Origin: Bacillota bacterium | GTDB taxonomy: Bacteria; Bacillota; Clostridia; Peptostreptococcales; Anaerovoracaceae | DNA: 64,000 bases | Direction: 5' to 3' | Assembly (NCBI GenBank): GCA_030536355.1 | Contig: JAUNQD010000002.1 | Span: 920 to 64,919 of the forward strand | Shown: positions 28,061 to 37,014 of the stretch, piece by piece | Layout: the number at the start of each line of letters is the position of its first letter | Position numbering within the stretch: position 1 is the first letter of the stretch | Notes under the pieces: generated by a model | Database searches by the model: none | Seen by the model: only the letters and a program-made list of their open reading frames with translations | Told to the model about the DNA's origin: nothing | Position numbers and translations under genes: made by a program

Positions 28061-29076
28061 AAGAGCTGCCCCCTTTCTTCTTTTATCTCAGGGGACAATT
28101 TCTCATTTATTATTTGAGCGATGATATTTACTGTTATTACCATAGCGCCTGTGATGAGGCAGACCAGCATCAACATGTTGTAATCGTGATACTGTGCGCT
28201 TTCCACGCCCAGCTTGCCAAGACCCGGATATGAAAATACCAGCTCCACCACATATGCACCGCCCAGAAGATGCGGCAGGAATATTGCCATTATGCTTATA
28301 CATGCAGGCATGATATTCTTAAGGCAATGGCGGTATATTATCTGCTTTTCGCTGAGACCTTTGACCTTCAGCATGAGTATGTAGTCCTTAATCATTTCGT
28401 CGGAAAGCTTGTTTCGCATAAGATATGTGCAGTACCACAGGTGAGATACCACGATGGCGCTGACAGGAAGTATCAGATGTACGATACGGTCTGTCAATAC
28501 TTCAAGCCCTCCTGATGCTCCGTAACTTGCTGCTCCCATACCTACTGAATTGGCCCCGCTCTGAGGAAGTATGCCCAGTCCTGCTGCGAATATCAATATC
28601 AGTATCAAGGCCACGAAGAATTCAGGCACGCTGTTGGTGGCAACTCCTATCCTGCATATAACTTTATCTATAGCCTTGCCTTCGCGTCTTACGCAAAAAA
28701 TTGCAAGGAAAATGCCTAATATGAATATGAGAGCAAAAGATATGAATGCAAGAGCTGCAGTATTTCCAAACACCTGCCCTATAACATCTGCTGCCGGCTG
28801 CTTGTACTGATATGAGATGCCGAAATCACCTTTTATCGCATCGCCAAGCCAGCCTGTGTACTGAACTATAAGCGAATCATTAAGACCGAGACGCTCTTCT
28901 GCCGCCGCCAACTGCTCCATCGACATTCTCTCAACAGCTTCGCCGTAATATGCCTTGAGCGGATCTCCCGGTGCAAGTCTCGATACGAAGAACACTATGA
29001 TAGACAGCACTAAAAGAGACAGCACCAGTTGTGCTGCTTTTTTTAATATGTATTTGGCTGTCTGCTTCTTGTCCAT
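28057..29076 (-). CDS. ABC permease (OppB/NikB-like)
   Basis: RLAPGDP, GDFGISYQY, VKGLS..HCLKN, VELVFSYPGLG; start moved to ATG 29076 behind GGGAG. Confidence 0.92.
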   Translation of the reverse strand: MDKKQTAKYILKKAAQLVLSLLVLSIIVFFVSRLAPGDPLKAYYGEAVERMSMEQLAAAEERLGLNDSLIVQYTGWLGDAIKGDFGISYQYKQPAADVIGQVFGNTAALAFISFALIFILGIFLAIFCVRREGKAIDKVICRIGVATNSVPEFFVALILILIFAAGLGILPQSGANSVGMGAASYGASGGLEVLTDRIVHLILPVSAIVVSHLWYCTYLMRNKLSDEMIKDYILMLKVKGLSEKQIIYRHCLKNIMPACISIMAIFLPHLLGGAYVVELVFSYPGLGKLGVESAQYHDYNMLMLVCLITGAMVITVNIIAQIINEKLSPEIKEERGQLL

Positions 29077-29235
29077 GATGATCTCCCGATGCAATCCCCG
29101 GCAACGCCGAAGCCCTGCCCTTTGCATAAAAATAAAAAACACGAAAATAATGCCCTGCCCGGAGGGCCCTTATCAGGCTTCCGGAGGAACATTGACCTTC
29201 GTGGTTCTCAAAATGACGCTTCTTGCGTCTGTTCT
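29077..29235 (-). ncRNA. Structured 5' leader of the ABC operon (unassigned attenuator/riboswitch candidate)
   Basis: Long irregular hairpin CACGAA...UUCGUG followed by U tract, second hairpin AUGCAA...UUGCAU beside the RBS, duplicated GGGCAGGGC. Confidence 0.5.
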
Positions 29236-29241
29236 TTTAGT

Positions 29242-29270
29242 ATATTAACAAAAACGCTACTCTTGGTCAA
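29242..29270 (-). promoter_or_regulatory. sigmaA promoter of ABC operon
   Basis: TTGACC-N17-TAATAT with TGn extension. Confidence 0.6.
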
Positions 29271-29946
29271 GAGGTGCGAATCTTAACTCTATAGTGTCTC
29301 CCGCAACATTATAGGGATACACGCCTATGCCATTTTCACTGTATTTCACTTCAGGAATTTTGTTTGTTGCAGTTTGATCCGGAGTGTAGCTTCTGTCAAG
29401 TTCCAAGAGAAGCCTTTTATTTAGCTCATTTATTTCTTTCTTGCTCTTATCAGGGAAAACTGTTTTTAATGTATAATAACACAGCTCTTCATATATGGCA
29501 TAAGTTTCGGGGCTGTAGCTGTGATCATCATAACACATGCTTACTTGATATATACTGCTTTTAGGACTGTCTGCATATATCTTTATTTGAGGCATTGATC
29601 TAGCCTCCGGTTCTTGAGAAAAAACATACATCATCGTTTCTTTTGTATTGTCAAGCATCGGCGCAGTCGCAAACATCTTCCACTTGTAAATTTCCTCCAG
29701 GTAGTCAGAACCATTGTCCTTTGCATAATAACTGTTGAAGCTATTGATGAAATCTTCAGCACAAACATCAAATGCTTCTACGCCTGAATCAGGCTCGATG
29801 ATTTTTATATTGAGTTCGATGACATCTGAATTATTTGGTTTTAAATCTTCAACATCTTCCGCCCTCTGCATGTCACTGCATCCGGCAAACAAAAATATTG
29901 TCATAAGGCATGATAAAACAACTGTTGCCGCTGATCTTATCGTCAT
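29257..29946 (-). CDS. Hypothetical lipoprotein
   Basis: Signal peptide with LFAGC lipobox after GAGGTG RBS (start moved to 29946); AT-rich; family not recognised. Confidence 0.7.
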   Translation of the reverse strand: MTIRSAATVVLSCLMTIFLFAGCSDMQRAEDVEDLKPNNSDVIELNIKIIEPDSGVEAFDVCAEDFINSFNSYYAKDNGSDYLEEIYKWKMFATAPMLDNTKETMMYVFSQEPEARSMPQIKIYADSPKSSIYQVSMCYDDHSYSPETYAIYEELCYYTLKTVFPDKSKKEINELNKRLLLELDRSYTPDQTATNKIPEVKYSENGIGVYPYNVAGDTIELRFAPLDQE

Positions 29947-29996
29947 AAAAACCCACCTCTTTTCATTATTCACTATATCAACTCTTACCTTGGTGG

Positions 29997-30791
29997 TCAA
30001 CCAAACATCTCGTCAAGTTTATCGTCGATATCTTTAATACTGAGAGGCCTGTTTTGAGATTCATAAGTTATAAACAGATTATCACCGAGGACTATACCAC
30101 ACTCAGCATATTCTTCAAGTTTTTTCAAATTACGAAACATGTACTTTTCATCATCTACTCTGCCAAGATGCTCAAGATAGATCAAGCGCCTGCGCTTTGT
30201 ATCGAGAAACGTGAAATCGGGATAGACAGCCTTGTTATCTAGTATCACCTCTGCATCATACCTATACAGCAGCTTTCGATCATCTGCTTTTGTAGCTATC
30301 ATGGCTTCTGATTTGGATCTCGTACATAAATCATTTGATGTATAGTGTGGTTTTTTGATCGGGAATGGATTGGTTCTATACGATGCATTGATCCAGTCTT
30401 CTACATTGATGTCGCCCTCGAGAAATATGTCGACTCCTTTTAATCCCCTGTACTGTTTAGGAAGCTCTCTTTCGATGGCCTTGGGGTCGTATAGAGTATC
30501 ATTTTTTAAAAGCCTCTCAAATACGTTTATTCTCTGTTTTAATATCTTTAACCCTTTAGATATATAGCGCCGTTTTTTTAACTGCCGTAGTAGTTTCCAA
30601 TCATTATCTCTAAGCATTATCTTATATTGCTTATCGTTTTCTTTGACATACCTATAAACATTTTCATTACGATCCGTTATAAGCGTTCCCGTTGGCAAAA
30701 ACTTGTATTCAATGCTGAGTTTTCTGTACAGCCGCAGGCATCTCGCCAGTTCCTGCTGTATTTCATTATGCAAATATCTCTGCCTATCCAT
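29997..30791 (-). CDS. Hypothetical protein with C-terminal PD-(D/E)xK-like (Vsr/DUF559-like) nuclease motif
   Basis: RSKSEAMIA..YRYDAEV..YPDFT..YLEHLG..DDEKY; start moved to 30791 on GAGGTG RBS. Confidence 0.6.
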   Translation of the reverse strand: MDRQRYLHNEIQQELARCLRLYRKLSIEYKFLPTGTLITDRNENVYRYVKENDKQYKIMLRDNDWKLLRQLKKRRYISKGLKILKQRINVFERLLKNDTLYDPKAIERELPKQYRGLKGVDIFLEGDINVEDWINASYRTNPFPIKKPHYTSNDLCTRSKSEAMIATKADDRKLLYRYDAEVILDNKAVYPDFTFLDTKRRRLIYLEHLGRVDDEKYMFRNLKKLEEYAECGIVLGDNLFITYESQNRPLSIKDIDDKLDEMFG

Positions 30792-31155
30792 AATCACCTC
30801 ATTTTTGCAATAACCCTAACAACCCGCCTTTATCATTTCCATTTTATTCCATTTATTATTCTCGTGCAAGGGGCTACTTGCAAATAATTGCACTAAAATT
30901 ATTAAAAATGGTGAATATAGGCAACAATGGTGATGTCTTAGTAGAAACTCCTCATTTCTTTATGATTTTAACTCTTTTTCCAACGTTTGCATCCCCTTCA
31001 CTTAATGATCAAGCTTGTACGCTTACTGATTTTTCTTGCTGCCCCTCAATATCGTTGAAAATAAAGTTAAAAAGAATAAAAAATCTGTACTTTCTACTCC
31101 CGCCAACCATGCTCTAATAAAACCATACTCTAGTCTCCCCAATCTCCCTCAATTA

Positions 31156-31164
31156 TGTTACAAT
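31156..31164 (+). promoter_or_regulatory. Extended -10 for probable leaderless transcript
   Basis: TGtTACAAT then 6 nt then ATG; no purine-rich SD upstream. Confidence 0.5.
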
Positions 31165-31170
31165 ACACCC

Positions 31171-31680
31171 ATGAACAATTACACTAGTACAAAAAAAATG
31201 ACCATCGCTGCTCTGATGGCGGCGCTGGCTCTCATATTCTCTTATGTTGAGGTGCTGATCCCGTTTACTGTGGGCATTCCCGGCATCAAGCTGGGCGTCG
31301 CTAATATCGTAGTGATCATCGCACTATATTATTTAGGGCCTAAGTATGCCATCACCATCAATGTGGTCAGAGTCTTGATCGCAGGTCTTCTGTTCAATGG
31401 GCTGTTCGGGGCTCTTTATTCACTGGCAGGTGCCATAGTCAGTTTCGTTGTGATGGTGGTCCTGAAGAAAACCAACGTTTTCTCTGTTGTCGGGATCTCA
31501 ATGGCAGGCGGTGTCGCTCATAATCTGGGGCAAATACTTGTAGCTGCAGTCCTTGTCGCCAACATCAAGATTTTCATCTACTTCCCTGTTCTGATCATCT
31601 CGGGTGTTATCACAGGTGCGATAATCGGTGTGCTGGCGGGTTTGATATTGAAGAAACTACCGACAAAAGAGCTCATATGA
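31171..31680 (+). CDS. Gx transporter family (heptaprenyl diphosphate synthase component I-like) membrane protein
   Basis: ALALIFSYVEVLIP..IPGIKLGVANIV, AHNLGQI; start set at ATG 31171. Confidence 0.88.
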   Translation: MNNYTSTKKMTIAALMAALALIFSYVEVLIPFTVGIPGIKLGVANIVVIIALYYLGPKYAITINVVRVLIAGLLFNGLFGALYSLAGAIVSFVVMVVLKKTNVFSVVGISMAGGVAHNLGQILVAAVLVANIKIFIYFPVLIISGVITGAIIGVLAGLILKKLPTKELI

Positions 31681-31732
31681 CAATATTCGTTTCACAAACA
31701 TATAGCTGCTAAATATGTAGAATGACACAAAT

Positions 31733-31763
31733 AATGACCGCTGTCACTAAGGCAGCGGTCATT
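31733..31763. terminator. Bidirectional terminator
   Basis: AATGACCGCTG/CAGCGGTCATT stem between convergent genes. Confidence 0.75.
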
Positions 31764-31766
31764 TTA

Positions 31767-32429
31767 TTATTCGCATCTTCTTTCTTTCGCTCTATTGATA
31801 TGGACTTCCATAGCAAGCGCCCCCGCCTTCACATCCTTATCTTTGAAGGCCTTGAATATGGCACGATGTTCTTCGAGCACTGTAGTCAGGTAGTTTTCAT
31901 CATAAACCGAATCCATTCCCTTGTACTTAAGGAAATTCTGATATGATGACAGCATTTTCTGGAGCATTCGATTGTGCGATGCTTCATATATCACCTGATG
32001 GAAGCCTGTGTTGATGGTAAGCATCTTCTCTATATCGTCTCGCAGCGTATAGAATTCCATAAATTCAAAGGTTTCCTCCAGCTTATCCATCTCTTCATCT
32101 GTGATTCGCTCGATGGCCCATTTGACAGCCTGTATCTCATAAGCCTTCCTCAGTTCGAACATATCTTCATAATCCTGATCGCTCATACCAATAACGAAAG
32201 CTCCGCGGTTAAGGATGTTTTCAACAAGACCATCGGTCTCCAGCTGACGAAGAGCCTCTCTCACAGGCGTCCTGCTGACACCATAAGTCTTGCAAAGGTT
32301 CTGTTCTGTAAGCTTTTCGCCGGGCTTCAGTTTGCCCGTAAGGATGTCCTTCTGCAGTTTGCCCAGCAGGCTGTTATAAAGCGGCGCATTGTTCAGTTCC
32401 ATATCGTCGGTGAATTTATAAAGTACCAT
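31767..32429 (-). CDS. GntR/FadR-family regulator (FCD domain)
   Basis: LKPGEKLTEQ..YGVSRTPVREAL..NRGAFV; FHQVIYEASHN, EHRAI. Confidence 0.93.
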   Translation of the reverse strand: MVLYKFTDDMELNNAPLYNSLLGKLQKDILTGKLKPGEKLTEQNLCKTYGVSRTPVREALRQLETDGLVENILNRGAFVIGMSDQDYEDMFELRKAYEIQAVKWAIERITDEEMDKLEETFEFMEFYTLRDDIEKMLTINTGFHQVIYEASHNRMLQKMLSSYQNFLKYKGMDSVYDENYLTTVLEEHRAIFKAFKDKDVKAGALAMEVHINRAKERRCE

Positions 32430-32458
32430 TCTTCGTTCCTTTCTTTATCAGCAGCTCC

Positions 32459-33586
32459 TTACACTCTCTCAAGCATGAATGATGTAAAATCTGCAGCGGT
32501 ATTTCCTGTTCCGTCTCCCGGCATGTAAAGGGCACTCTGTGCCTCATCCAGGGCTTTTTCCAAAGCTTCGGCTTTCGCCGTGAATCCTATATGTCTCAGC
32601 ATCATCACTGCCGCCCTGTTTATGCTGGCAGGGTTGGCGTACTCTGCGATACCGTCGATGACCATCCTAGGCGCCGATCCGTGGATAGCTTCGAACATGG
32701 CATATCTGCCGCCGATGTTGGCACTTCCCGCAGTCCCAACACCACCCTGAAGCTGTGCAGCCTCATCGGTTATGATATCTCCATATAGATTCGGCAGGAT
32801 GAATACATTGAAGTTGCTGTTTATCTGATCATTGACCAGATTCGCAGCCATGATATCCACATACCAATCATCCGTCTTGATGTCCGGATAATCTGCCGCA
32901 ACCTCCTGGCAGAGGCTGAGGAACTTGCCGTCGGTCTTCTTCATGATGTTGGCCTTAGTAACGATGGAAACATTCTTATTGCCATTGTTCTTAGCATATT
33001 CAAAAGCCGCCTTAGCCAGACGCTTCGTTCCGAGAGTCGTAGTCACCTTGAAGTCGATAGAAATATCTTCATTGATATCTACTCCCTTGCTGCCCAGTGC
33101 ATATTCTCCTTCTGTGTTCTCTCTGTAAAAGATCCAGTCGATATTCTTCTCCGGGATCACCACAGGTCTCACATTGGCGAAAAGATCAAGTTCTCTTCTG
33201 AGAGTAACGTTGGCGCTTTCGATGTTAGGTAAATTATCACCTTTGCCCGGAGTAGTTGTCGGCCCTTTGAGCAAAAGGTCGCACTCCTTGATAGCTGCCA
33301 GTACATCCGAAGGTACTGTTTCCATCTTGGCGATACGATTTTCAAGAGTAAGCCCGTCGATCTTCCTAAGTTCGATTTTGCCTGATGCGATATCGTCAGC
33401 CAGCAGCTTTTCGAGGATGGCTCTGCATGAGTCCATGATGATAGGGCCGATACCGTCCCCATCGATAGTTCCGATTATTATTTTATCTTTAGTCGTGAAA
33501 TCTGTTATCTCAGAGGAAGCCTTGAGTCGTTCAACACGAGCTAGCTGCTCCTCGACTATTTTCGCAAAATGTTCAGTATATGTCAT
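32459..33586 (-). CDS. icd: Isocitrate/isopropylmalate dehydrogenase family (probable NAD-isocitrate dehydrogenase)
   Basis: GDGIGP, LKGPTTTP, RENTEGEY, KANIMK, PNLYGDIITD, FEAIHGSAP; follows aconitase. Confidence 0.85.
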   Translation of the reverse strand: MTYTEHFAKIVEEQLARVERLKASSEITDFTTKDKIIIGTIDGDGIGPIIMDSCRAILEKLLADDIASGKIELRKIDGLTLENRIAKMETVPSDVLAAIKECDLLLKGPTTTPGKGDNLPNIESANVTLRRELDLFANVRPVVIPEKNIDWIFYRENTEGEYALGSKGVDINEDISIDFKVTTTLGTKRLAKAAFEYAKNNGNKNVSIVTKANIMKKTDGKFLSLCQEVAADYPDIKTDDWYVDIMAANLVNDQINSNFNVFILPNLYGDIITDEAAQLQGGVGTAGSANIGGRYAMFEAIHGSAPRMVIDGIAEYANPASINRAAVMMLRHIGFTAKAEALEKALDEAQSALYMPGDGTGNTAADFTSFMLERV

Positions 33587-33614
33587 ATAATTCTCCTTGT
33601 TCCGCCTATACCTT

Positions 33615-35537
33615 TTAGCCTTCCTTTATCGCATTGATCTTGCCGCCCTTGAGGATCATGTTGATCTCAAGTTCTGAGAAGTTTGGCTTTGTCACGTATT
33701 CCTTGCCTGTCGTCTTGTTCTTGATGATGATAGTTTCTGCCTTCACCTGCTCAGGTGCGTTTTCTATCACAAGCACATCGCCCAGCTTGAAGTCATCGTA
33801 ATCAGCCGGGTCTGCAAACACCAGCGGAAGTATACCACTGTTGATCAGATTAGATCTGTGGATCCTTGCGAACGACTTAGCTGCCACGAACTTGACGCCA
33901 AGATAGAGCGGCGCCAGTGCCGCATGCTCTCTGCTGCTTCCCTGACCGTAATTGTCCCCGCCGATGATGACGCATGATCCTGCCTCTTTGCATCTTCCGG
34001 AGAATCCCGCATCGATCTTTTCGAAACAGTAGTTGGACAGGTGAGGGATGTTGGATCTGTATGGCAGCAGCCTTGAATCCGAAGGCATGATGTCATCTGT
34101 AGTGATGTTGTCGCCTGCGTGGAGAACTACTGTAGCTTCCACTGTTTCAGGAAGAGCCGTATTTCTAGGGAACGGTTTGATGTTAGGACCCATAGCTACT
34201 TCTGTATTGCATTTATCGCATCCGCATGGATATACAACGAAGTTGTCGTTAGGATCGAAGTCCACTGCATCGATGGCAGGGAGCACTTCACCGCTCTTCA
34301 TACCGTCTGTCAGCACGCCTGTGATAGCCGATATGGCTGCAGTCTCAGGGCTTACCAGATATACGTCTGCATCGAGAGTACCGCTTCTTCCCTTGAAGTT
34401 TCTGTTGAAAGTTCTGAGAGATACCGCTCCCGACTTAGGTGACTGACCCATACCTATACAAGGTCCGCAGGCGTTTTCGATGACTCTGGCACCTGCATTG
34501 ATGATAGCTGCCAGTGCACCGTTTTCGGCCATCTTCGCCATGATCTTACTTGATCCCGGGGAAATAACGAGACTCACATCAGGATGGACCTTCTTGCCCT
34601 TGAGGATGGCAGCAACTTTCATCAAGTCTGTATATGATGAATTCGTGCAGCTTCCGATGGCAACCTGATCTACTTTGATCTCACCGATATTGGAAATCGC
34701 ATCAACGTTATCAGGGCTGTGAGGCATAGCTGCCAGCGGTGTCAGCTGATCTAGATCTACGATCAGTTCTTCATCGTAAACTGCATCTTCATCTGCCGCC
34801 ATAGGAACATAATCCCCTTCGCGCCCCTGTGATTTGAGATATTCATAAGTATTTTCATCACTAGGGAATACTGATGTGGTCGCACCCAGTTCTGCTCCCA
34901 TATTCGTGATAGTAGCTCTGTCAGTTACAGAAAGACTCTTAACGCCTTCTCCTGTATACTCTATGATCTTGCCTACGCCGCCCTTTACAGTAAGCTGCTG
35001 CAGTACATAGAGGATGACGTCCTTAGCGGAAACCCAAGGTCGAAGCGCACCGTTGAGCTGCACTTTTACTACCTTAGGTGCTGTCAAACTGTATGTTCCC
35101 TTCGCCATAGCTACTGCCACATCAAGACCGCCTGCTCCGATGGCGATCATGCCGAGTCCGCCTCCTGTAGGCGTATGGCTGTCCGATCCCAGCAGAGTCT
35201 TGCCAGGCTTCCCGTAGTTCTCAAGATGTAGCTGGTGGCAGATGCCATTGCCCGGCTTACTGAAAAGCACGCCGTGTCTCTTCGCAACGCTCTTGATGAA
35301 TTCGTGGTCGTCTGCGTTTTCGAATCCTGTCTGCAGAGTGTTATGGTCTATATATGCCACAGAAAGCTCTGTCTTCACTTTATCTACTTCCATGGCTTCC
35401 AGCTGCAGGTACACCATAGTACCTGTCGAATCCTGTGTCAATGTCTGATCGATCTTGATAGTTATCTCTTCTCCAGCTGATAAAGTCCCTTCTATCAGAT
35501 GGTTTTCTAAGATCTTGTAAGCTAATGTTTTGCCCAT
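33615..35537 (-). CDS. Aconitate hydratase (short clostridial type)
   Basis: QDSTG, DHN, GICHQ, GSDSHT, IGSCTN, ACGPCIG, FNRNF, QGSSREHA; start moved to 35537. Confidence 0.93.
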   Translation of the reverse strand: MGKTLAYKILENHLIEGTLSAGEEITIKIDQTLTQDSTGTMVYLQLEAMEVDKVKTELSVAYIDHNTLQTGFENADDHEFIKSVAKRHGVLFSKPGNGICHQLHLENYGKPGKTLLGSDSHTPTGGGLGMIAIGAGGLDVAVAMAKGTYSLTAPKVVKVQLNGALRPWVSAKDVILYVLQQLTVKGGVGKIIEYTGEGVKSLSVTDRATITNMGAELGATTSVFPSDENTYEYLKSQGREGDYVPMAADEDAVYDEELIVDLDQLTPLAAMPHSPDNVDAISNIGEIKVDQVAIGSCTNSSYTDLMKVAAILKGKKVHPDVSLVISPGSSKIMAKMAENGALAAIINAGARVIENACGPCIGMGQSPKSGAVSLRTFNRNFKGRSGTLDADVYLVSPETAAISAITGVLTDGMKSGEVLPAIDAVDFDPNDNFVVYPCGCDKCNTEVAMGPNIKPFPRNTALPETVEATVVLHAGDNITTDDIMPSDSRLLPYRSNIPHLSNYCFEKIDAGFSGRCKEAGSCVIIGGDNYGQGSSREHAALAPLYLGVKFVAAKSFARIHRSNLINSGILPLVFADPADYDDFKLGDVLVIENAPEQVKAETIIIKNKTTGKEYVTKPNFSELEINMILKGGKINAIKEG

Positions 35538-35607
35538 TGTCATACCTCCTGTTGTTATGTATTTCTTCGCACTTTATGCGATTAAAGTCTTACCGCGCTA
35601 TTGCTCC

Positions 35608-35643
35608 ATTGTATAATTGTATTATCGTATACAATTATACAAT
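35608..35643. promoter_or_regulatory. 15-bp-arm palindrome, candidate GntR operator
   Basis: ATTGTATAATTGTAT-N6-ATACAATTATACAAT overlapping the aconitase -10. Confidence 0.7.
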
Positions 35644-35662
35644 TTCATCTGCGTTTGGTCAA
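35634..35662 (-). promoter_or_regulatory. sigmaA promoter of aconitase operon
   Basis: TTGACC-N17-TATAAT. Confidence 0.8.
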
Positions 35663-35686
35663 TTCATTTTTGTCACATCAACAGAA

Positions 35687-35715
35687 TCGACATCAACTTG
35701 TTTTTTTGATATACT
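35687..35715 (+). promoter_or_regulatory. sigmaA promoter of ThrE pair
   Basis: TCGACA-N17-TATACT with TGn extension. Confidence 0.65.
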
Positions 35716-35762
35716 TGTTTCATGGAGTTCGATCTTTCGAACTTCGCATCATGGAGGAACAA

Positions 35763-36548
35763 ATGGTAAACGTATTTCAGAAAAAAATACTCATAGTTGC
35801 TGTATATGCAGCAGAAATAATGATGAGAAACGGCGCAGAAATATATAGAGTTGAGGACACGGTAACTCGTATATGCAAAGCCGGTAGGATAAAACATGTT
35901 GAAGTTTTCGCTACTCCTACAGGGATATTCGTATCAATGGACAGCGGAGATGAAAATGATGATCCTCTCACATATATCAAGAGGATCCATGAGACAGGAA
36001 CTAACCTCAGCAAGATTTCTAAAGTGAATCACTTCTCAAGAGAATTTTTTGATACAGATCTCTCGGTAGAAGAGGGAATGAATATCCTTAGAGAAATCGA
36101 CAGAGAAGAAGAATATCCATATATGGTGAGAACTCTGGCAGCAGCCATCGTCTGCAGTTTCTTCGCTGTTATATTCGGCGGTACCGTCATAGATGCCCTG
36201 GTTGCTGCTATCTCCGGGATCTCATGCTATGTGCTTTCCATAATGTTCAGAAAGCTCAACATAAATTCATTTATAAGGTGTTTCTTCTGCTGCGGGCTCG
36301 CCGCACTGATAGCCCTGCTCGCAGCCTCGTCTATTCCGGACGCTTCTTATGACCCTATAATCATTGGGACCATAATGTTGTTTGTACCGGGAGCTGCTAT
36401 CACTAATGCTATCAGAGACTTTTTGTCGGGAGATATGCTGGCAGGAACAGCCAGACTTATGGAAGCCCTGCTTATAGCCGTCGGTCTCGCATGCGGAGCC
36501 GGGGTCGTCCTCAAAGTTTGGGAAATGACGGGAGGTGTTCTTGTATGA
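35763..36548 (+). CDS. ThrE-family exporter, large subunit
   Basis: NGAEIYRVEDTVTRI, FATPTGIF, VPGAAITNAIRD; start moved to ATG 35763 on GGAGG RBS. Confidence 0.9.
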   Translation: MVNVFQKKILIVAVYAAEIMMRNGAEIYRVEDTVTRICKAGRIKHVEVFATPTGIFVSMDSGDENDDPLTYIKRIHETGTNLSKISKVNHFSREFFDTDLSVEEGMNILREIDREEEYPYMVRTLAAAIVCSFFAVIFGGTVIDALVAAISGISCYVLSIMFRKLNINSFIRCFFCCGLAALIALLAASSIPDASYDPIIIGTIMLFVPGAAITNAIRDFLSGDMLAGTARLMEALLIAVGLACGAGVVLKVWEMTGGVLV

Positions 36549-37000
36549 CAACATCTCTTTTAACTCAATTCCTATATGCAGGTCTTGCCACCTTTGGCTT
36601 TACCATCATTTTCAGAGTACCGAAATCTGACATATTCGTATGTTCTCTGATAGGTGCGTTGGGCTGGCTCACTTATCAACTCGCAGCAGGCTATGAGTTC
36701 ACGGCTGTAATGGCGTGCTTCCTCGGTGCATGTACTGTTGCCCTGCTGAGCGATATATTCTCAAAACTTCTAAAAGATGCATCTACTATATTCATCATCC
36801 CAGGGATCATGCCGCTAGTTCCGGGTGCAGGCATGTACAGGATGATGCTTGAACTCATAAATAACGATATGTCAGGATTTGCTACAGAAGCAACCCAGAC
36901 ACTTCTTTCTGCCGGTGCTATAGCTGTAGGTCTTTTGGTAATGGGATCACTGCTTAAGATAATAAGGATGGCAGGTAAAAAAATAAAAGCGGCTTCTTAA
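36545..37000 (+). CDS. ThrE-family exporter, small subunit
   Basis: FTIIFRVP, IPGIMPLVPG..MY; ATGA overlap with upstream gene. Confidence 0.88.
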   Translation: MTTSLLTQFLYAGLATFGFTIIFRVPKSDIFVCSLIGALGWLTYQLAAGYEFTAVMACFLGACTVALLSDIFSKLLKDASTIFIIPGIMPLVPGAGMYRMMLELINNDMSGFATEATQTLLSAGAIAVGLLVMGSLLKIIRMAGKKIKAAS

Positions 37001-37012
37001 AGCCGCTTATTT
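36983..37012. terminator. Bidirectional terminator overlapping ThrE stop
   Basis: AAGCGGCTT/AAGCCGCTT stem. Confidence 0.65.
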
Positions 37013-37014
37013 GT

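Larger units (their letters stand above)
24002..30853. mobile_element. Putative accessory block bounded by a 13-bp direct repeat; no mobility gene seen
   Basis: ATTTTATTCCATT at 24002-24014 and 30841-30853; block separates the normally adjacent NusG-II and Gx transporter genes. Confidence 0.3.

Noticed and set aside
29086-29142. ORF-track N-terminal extension of the permease (MFFIFMQR...)
   Set aside because: TTG start without SD; the region is leader RNA and the SD-led ATG is at 29076. Similar over-long ORF-track starts were trimmed for several other genes.
29077-29235. Assignment to cobalamin, NiCo, Moco or T-box riboswitch
   Set aside because: Could not find the B12 box, the NiCo four-way junction, Moco core or T-box/specifier motifs by eye; left unassigned.
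30874-31090. Minus-strand frame containing GDANVGK (Walker A-like) interrupted by two TGA codons, as a pseudogene or recoded gene
   Set aside because: No start/RBS, flanking residues do not resemble a GTPase, no SECIS-like hairpin seen; probably chance in AT-rich DNA.
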